Position numbers and translations under genes: made by a program
The notes under the pieces: model-generated
Told to the model about the DNA's origin: nothing
The model's database searches: none
What the model saw: the letters and a program-made list of their open reading frames with translations, nothing else
Shown here: piece after piece, positions 59,393-64,000 of the stretch
Numbering within the stretch: the stretch's first letter is position 1
Layout of the letters: every line of letters starts with the position of its first letter
Assembly (NCBI GenBank): GCA_024637035.1
Contig: JAGXFW010000022.1
Coordinates: forward strand, 76,408-140,407
DNA: 64,000 nucleotides
DNA from: Actinomycetes bacterium
GTDB taxonomy: Bacteria > Actinomycetota > Thermoleophilia > RBG-16-64-13
Reading direction: 5' to 3'

Positions 59393-62203
59393 ATGAGCCG
59401 GGATCGATCGCGTGTCGAGGCCGATGTAGTCTTGGGTGGGCGAGAGAGCCGCGTTGTCCACATGGGCGTGGCGACATCCGCCGACGAACTGACCCGCCTT
59501 CCCTACAGCATTCGCGTGCTGCTCGAGAACGTACTGCGCCATGCGGGGAATGGCGTTACCACTCAGGAGCACGTTGACGCTGTGGCGACGTGGGAACCCA
59601 CGGCCTCCGAGAGGGCCGAGATCCCCTTCATGCCCTCGCGGGTGCTCCTACAGGATTTCACCGGCGTGCCGTGCGCCGTCGACTTGGCCGCGATGCGCTC
59701 GGAAGTGGCGAGGCGAGGCGGGGACCCTGGAATGATCAACCCGCAGGTGCCGGTGGATCTGGTCATCGACCATTCGGTCCAGGTGGACTACTTCGGCTCG
59801 GCGTCCGCCTACGGGAAGAACGTCGCCCTCGAGATCGAACGGAACCGCGAGCGCTACTCGCTGCTTGCGTGGGCTCAGCGCGAGTTCCACGATTTCGGGG
59901 TGGTACCCACGGGAACGGGCATCGTCCACCAGATCAACCTCGAGTATCTTGCCACGGTGGTTCACGAGCGGAAGGTGGGCGGCGCGTCGTGGGCGTTCCC
60001 AGACACGGTCGTGGGCACCGACTCACATACCACCATGATCAATGGCCTTGGGGTGCTCGGGTGGGGCGTGGGCGGCATCGAAGCCGAGGCCGTGATGCTC
60101 GGTCAGCCCTACTTCATGGTGCTGCCCGACGTGGTCGGAGTGCGGCTGGTGGGGGAGTTGCCCGTGGGCACCACCGCCACGGACTTGGTGCTTACCATCA
60201 CGCGCCTGCTTCGCCGGGTGGGAGTGGTGGGTCGTTTCGTCGAATTCCATGGCCCGGGACTCGAGAACCTCACCGTGGCCGACCGCGCCACCATTGCCAA
60301 CATGAGCCCCGAGTACGGGGCCACGTGCGGGTTCTTCCCGGTCGACGAGCAAACCTTGCGCTATCTGCAGATGAGCGGGCGAAGCCCGGAGCAGGTGGCT
60401 CTTGTTGGAGATTACTGTCGTCTGCAGGGGCTCTTCCGCGAGCCGGGATCGCCGGACCCGCAGTACACCACCGTCGTGGAGTTCGATCTCGGTGATGTGG
60501 TACCGAGCCTCGCCGGCCCCCGGCGTCCGCAGGATCTCATCCCGCTCACCGACGTCGCCCGGAGCTTCGACGAGGCCCTGCCGGCGCTGGCCGCGGCTGC
60601 CGGTCGTCCCGACACCGCCCTCTGCTCGGCTGAGGTGTGCCTGCTTGGCGCGGCACAGGAGACGGTGAGTCGCTTCGAGGACGAAGGGGGGAGTGCGGGC
60701 ACCGACGGCGTCGCGGCTCCCACCGAGGACGAGATCGCCGCGGCCACCCACATCCTGAGCGACGGCACCGTGGTCATCGCGGCGATCACCAGTTGCACGA
60801 ACACGTCGAATCCCGCCGTGATGATCGCCGCGGCGCTCCTTGCTCGCAACGCGGTGGCGCGAGGTCTGCGCGTGGCTCCGTGGGTGAAGACCAGCACTGC
60901 GCCCGGCTCGCGGGTGGTTACCAGTTACCTCGAGAAGTCCGGTCTCTTGACCCATCTCGAGGCTCTCGGCTTCCACATCGTGGGGTACGGCTGCACCACC
61001 TGTATCGGCAACAGCGGTCCGTTGGCGGCGCCGCTGGCCGAGGTCATCGAGCGCGAGAGTCTCTGCACCGCTTCGGTGCTCAGCGGCAACCGCAACTTCG
61101 AGGCCCGGGTGCATCCCCTCGTGCGCTCGAACTACTTGGCTTCGCCGCCGCTGGTGGTGGCCTACGCCCTGGCCGGCACGATGACCATCGACCTCACGGA
61201 GCAGCCTCTGGGCCATGACCCCGCGGGTATCCCGGTGTATCTCGTGGACATCTGGCCCTCAGAGGAAGAGGTGGAACGGGTTGTCGCCTCGTGCGTGCTT
61301 CCCGAGCAGTTCCGCGAGCGCTACGCCGCTGTCTCCGAGGGCGACGAGAACTGGAAGGCCCTCGATCCGCCGCTGGGCTCCCTCTATGCGTGGGATGGTG
61401 CCTCCACCTACGTGCAGGAGCCGCCGTTCGTGTCGGGACTTTCCGAAGGGCCGGCAGAGGCTGCCGATATCCGCGGAGCACGGGTGCTCGGTGTCTTTGG
61501 CGACTCGGTCACCACGGACCACATCTCGCCGGCAGGAAGCATCGCGCCGGACTCGCCCGCCGGGCGTTACCTCCTCGAACAGGGCGTCGCGCAGGCAGAT
61601 TTCAACACCTACGGTGCCCGACGCGGTAACCATCAGGTGATGATGCGCGGCACCTTCGCGAATGTGCGCATCCGCAATCTCATGCTCGAAGATACCGAGG
61701 GCCCCTGGACAGAGCACCGGCCGTCAGGCGAGAAGATGACCATGTTCGAAGCCGCCGAGCGCTACCGGGGGGAAGGGACCCCTCTCGTCGTGCTCGCCGG
61801 CAAGGAGTACGGCACGGGGAGTTCCCGGGACTGGGCCGCCAAGGGCCCTTCGCTCTTGGGCGTCAAGGCTGTTATCGCGGGCGGCTTCGAGCGCATCCAC
61901 CGTAGCAACCTCGTGGGTATGGGCATCCTGCCGCTACAGTTCGAACAGGGGGAGAGTGCGGCTACCCTCGGCCTCACCGGCAGGGAGACGATCGACATCA
62001 CCGGCCTCGAGGGTGAGACGCTGCTCCCCGGAGGGCGCGTGCAGGTGCGCGCCGTGTCAGACGATGACGGGCGCGAGGTGGCGTTCACGGTCGTATCCCG
62101 CCTCGACTCAGCCGTCGACGTGGAGTATTACCTCCATGGCGGGATCCTGCCGCAGGTGTTGCGTCATCTGGTGGGAGTCTCCGCGGAGGGCGCCGGTCGC
62201 TGA
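59393..62203 (+). CDS. acnA: aconitate hydratase A
   Basis: QDFTGVP, DHSVQVD, DSHTTM, TSCTNTSN, GCTTCIGNSG, GSSRDWAAKG. Confidence 0.97.
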   Translation: MSRDRSRVEADVVLGGRESRVVHMGVATSADELTRLPYSIRVLLENVLRHAGNGVTTQEHVDAVATWEPTASERAEIPFMPSRVLLQDFTGVPCAVDLAAMRSEVARRGGDPGMINPQVPVDLVIDHSVQVDYFGSASAYGKNVALEIERNRERYSLLAWAQREFHDFGVVPTGTGIVHQINLEYLATVVHERKVGGASWAFPDTVVGTDSHTTMINGLGVLGWGVGGIEAEAVMLGQPYFMVLPDVVGVRLVGELPVGTTATDLVLTITRLLRRVGVVGRFVEFHGPGLENLTVADRATIANMSPEYGATCGFFPVDEQTLRYLQMSGRSPEQVALVGDYCRLQGLFREPGSPDPQYTTVVEFDLGDVVPSLAGPRRPQDLIPLTDVARSFDEALPALAAAAGRPDTALCSAEVCLLGAAQETVSRFEDEGGSAGTDGVAAPTEDEIAAATHILSDGTVVIAAITSCTNTSNPAVMIAAALLARNAVARGLRVAPWVKTSTAPGSRVVTSYLEKSGLLTHLEALGFHIVGYGCTTCIGNSGPLAAPLAEVIERESLCTASVLSGNRNFEARVHPLVRSNYLASPPLVVAYALAGTMTIDLTEQPLGHDPAGIPVYLVDIWPSEEEVERVVASCVLPEQFRERYAAVSEGDENWKALDPPLGSLYAWDGASTYVQEPPFVSGLSEGPAEAADIRGARVLGVFGDSVTTDHISPAGSIAPDSPAGRYLLEQGVAQADFNTYGARRGNHQVMMRGTFANVRIRNLMLEDTEGPWTEHRPSGEKMTMFEAAERYRGEGTPLVVLAGKEYGTGSSRDWAAKGPSLLGVKAVIAGGFERIHRSNLVGMGILPLQFEQGESAATLGLTGRETIDITGLEGETLLPGGRVQVRAVSDDDGREVAFTVVSRLDSAVDVEYYLHGGILPQVLRHLVGVSAEGAGR

Positions 62204-62237
62204 TCCAGCGCCCTCGATAAGTCTCTCGGGAGTGGCT

Positions 62238-63731
62238 TCAGGCTGTGACGGCCGCTCGAGCCTCGGCTTCGCGCGCGGCTAGGATGGCGTCCAGCGTCTC
62301 GGCGACGCCGTCTCCGAGAGGCGCGGGCTCGTGGGTCGAGAGAATCCGTCTGGCCTCGACGTAGGCCCTGTCAGCGGCGCTCTTCGAGCCGTCGCGCTCC
62401 CAGACCTCTCGAGCCTTACGGTCGAAGATGCTCGACGAGCTCAGTTCTCGCATGTGCGCGAAGGTGTGGTCGTGGGTGATGTACTCGCCTCCAGGGCCGA
62501 CCTCTTCGATGAGGGCGACGGCTTCGTCGAGTCCGCTCAGGTCGATGCCCTGTGCGATGCGCTTGATGCGACCCGCCTGTTCGGCTCCCATGATCATCGC
62601 AGCGTAGTCGAAGGTGATCACCGACTCGAGCGCCCCGATGCCGTAGATCACATTTGCCCCGACGAGCGCCGCCGGCATGGCCGTGAGCGTGAAGTCGTAG
62701 CCCTGCTGGGCGTCGGGGATCTTGCTGTCTGAGGCGCAGGCCCCGGCCCAGGAGGGGAGGTCGTAGTACTGCATCAGCTGGATACCCGCGACGCCGTGCA
62801 GGGCGAGTTCGGGCACGCCGATGGGGGCCACGCTGCGTCGGAGGTCCATCATCGTGCTGTTGAATGCAGGGATGCACGGGACACCTTTGCGCACCGCTTG
62901 GGCGAGCACTAACGCGCTCAGCACCTCAGCGTTGTGCTGCACGACGACGCCCACCGGGGTAGCCGGTGAGGAGGCTCCGGAGAGACTCATAGCGTGGAAG
63001 ACTACCCCCAGACCACCCTCGATGGCCGCGATCATCGACGAGGTGCACTCGGTCACCAGCGAGAGCGGGCTCGTGGGGGAGACGAGGCACGTGACGATGG
63101 GCCGCTCGCGCAGCTTCTCGGACCCACCCGCCACCGCCGCCGCCATGGCCACGATCGCTTTGGCGTTGTCGCCACCGCCCGCGCTCAGGAACACGTGCTT
63201 GCTGGTGTTCCGAACCATGGCGTCGTAGTTGTGCACGGCCTGCACGGCCGGGTACTGGTCGCCGGAGCAGGCGGCCCGCTCCGCGAAACTCACGTGCTCC
63301 AGGTTGTCCTGGATGCGGGTTATGTCGGCTAGGTCTTGCTTGACGGTGGGCCGCACCTCGCCAGTGTGGATGTCTATCACCATCACGTGCTCGCCGTAGC
63401 CGGCGGTGAAGCCCGTGGCTCCGGGCCGTACGAGGAAGTCGTGCTTCGGTTCGCGGCCATGGAGCGTGAAGGTGCCCGGCGCCGAGCGGATCGACTCTTC
63501 CACCAGAGACGCGGGCAGGCGGACGAGAGCGTGGGTGCCGCGTTGTTCGATCGTGGCACCGGCCGCCTCGAAGATATCCACCGCGGGTGGATCCTCCACT
63601 TTGATCCCAGCGTGCCAGAGCACGTGCAAGGTGGCCTGGTGGAGCGCTTCGAGCTCGGTGCGATCGAGTGCTTTGATGCCCCACCGGGGACCCGACGGCT
63701 TGGTCGTCTCATGCGACTCGGAACTGGACAT
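62238..63731 (-). CDS. trimethylamine methyltransferase (MttB superfamily), non-pyrrolysine
   Basis: SPTSPL, QHNAEVL, SDSKIPDAQ, EVGPGG.Y...HT; no in-frame amber. Confidence 0.9.
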   Translation of the reverse strand: MSSSESHETTKPSGPRWGIKALDRTELEALHQATLHVLWHAGIKVEDPPAVDIFEAAGATIEQRGTHALVRLPASLVEESIRSAPGTFTLHGREPKHDFLVRPGATGFTAGYGEHVMVIDIHTGEVRPTVKQDLADITRIQDNLEHVSFAERAACSGDQYPAVQAVHNYDAMVRNTSKHVFLSAGGGDNAKAIVAMAAAVAGGSEKLRERPIVTCLVSPTSPLSLVTECTSSMIAAIEGGLGVVFHAMSLSGASSPATPVGVVVQHNAEVLSALVLAQAVRKGVPCIPAFNSTMMDLRRSVAPIGVPELALHGVAGIQLMQYYDLPSWAGACASDSKIPDAQQGYDFTLTAMPAALVGANVIYGIGALESVITFDYAAMIMGAEQAGRIKRIAQGIDLSGLDEAVALIEEVGPGGEYITHDHTFAHMRELSSSSIFDRKAREVWERDGSKSAADRAYVEARRILSTHEPAPLGDGVAETLDAILAAREAEARAAVTA

Positions 63732-63743
63732 TCTGTTTCCCCT

Positions 63744-64000
63744 TCAGACGGGCGGTTGCTGTTTGACACTGCTCGTGCTTCTCATATGGCAGGCGGCTTG
63801 GTGTGTTTCGGTGAGCGCACATCCGTGACCAGGGCCCCGCGCGGGGACTCGGCCACCGGCGACGCTCGGGACACCCTGAGCGATAGCCTGGTAGGCACCC
63901 CGGACGAGAGTGCGCACCGACTCGACGTGAGCGACGCTCGGCGCGCAACGCGCCACGTGGATGCCGGTGGCCCAGGCGATCGGGCCCGTGCAGTCGTGGA
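63744..64000 (-). CDS. mandelate racemase/muconate lactonizing enzyme family, C-terminal fragment
   Basis: HDCTGPIAWATGIHV...ESVR...GPGHG read from the window edge. Confidence 0.65.
   Translation of the reverse strand, partial: HDCTGPIAWATGIHVARCAPSVAHVESVRTLVRGAYQAIAQGVPSVAGGRVPARGPGHGCALTETHQAACHMRSTSSVKQQPPV

Noticed and set aside
62238-63731. Pyrrolysine recoding in MttB
   Set aside because: The ORF is uninterrupted; no amber codon at the position before SDSK

Overview
High-GC bacterial chromosomal segment. An anaerobic or facultative Actinomycetota lineage (Thermoleophilia-like) is inferred from the leuA leader peptide, a 6C-like RNA, Thr-linker lipoproteins, MttB and 2-hydroxyacyl-CoA dehydratase homologs. 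It holds housekeeping metabolism: gabT-speB, ilvD-ilvB-ilvN-ilvC-serA, metB-like, leuA with a Leu-rich leader, citrate synthase and aconitase. It also has an arsenic resistance cluster, a VapBC-type TA pair, and a divergent catabolic/ABC-uptake locus. No transposase, integrase, rRNA, tRNA or CRISPR array was seen. The most unusual observations are: (1) a catabolic operon (two DHDPS-superfamily hydratase-aldolases, an atypical acyl-CoA dehydrogenase, FmdB zinc ribbon, aldehyde dehydrogenase) whose enzymes carry long Pro-rich C-terminal repeat tails, (MPPG)n and (PPWG)n; (2) a hinge-less mini-SMC protein downstream of a LysR regulator that is divergent from a 6C-like small RNA; (3) a probable UGA-recoded selenoprotein metallochaperone with a SECIS-like hairpin in the ars operon; (4) a probable catalytically dead PD-(D/E)XK protein heading a coupled operon; (5) a 168-bp MITE-like element. 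All product calls come from motif recognition by eye, not from database searches.
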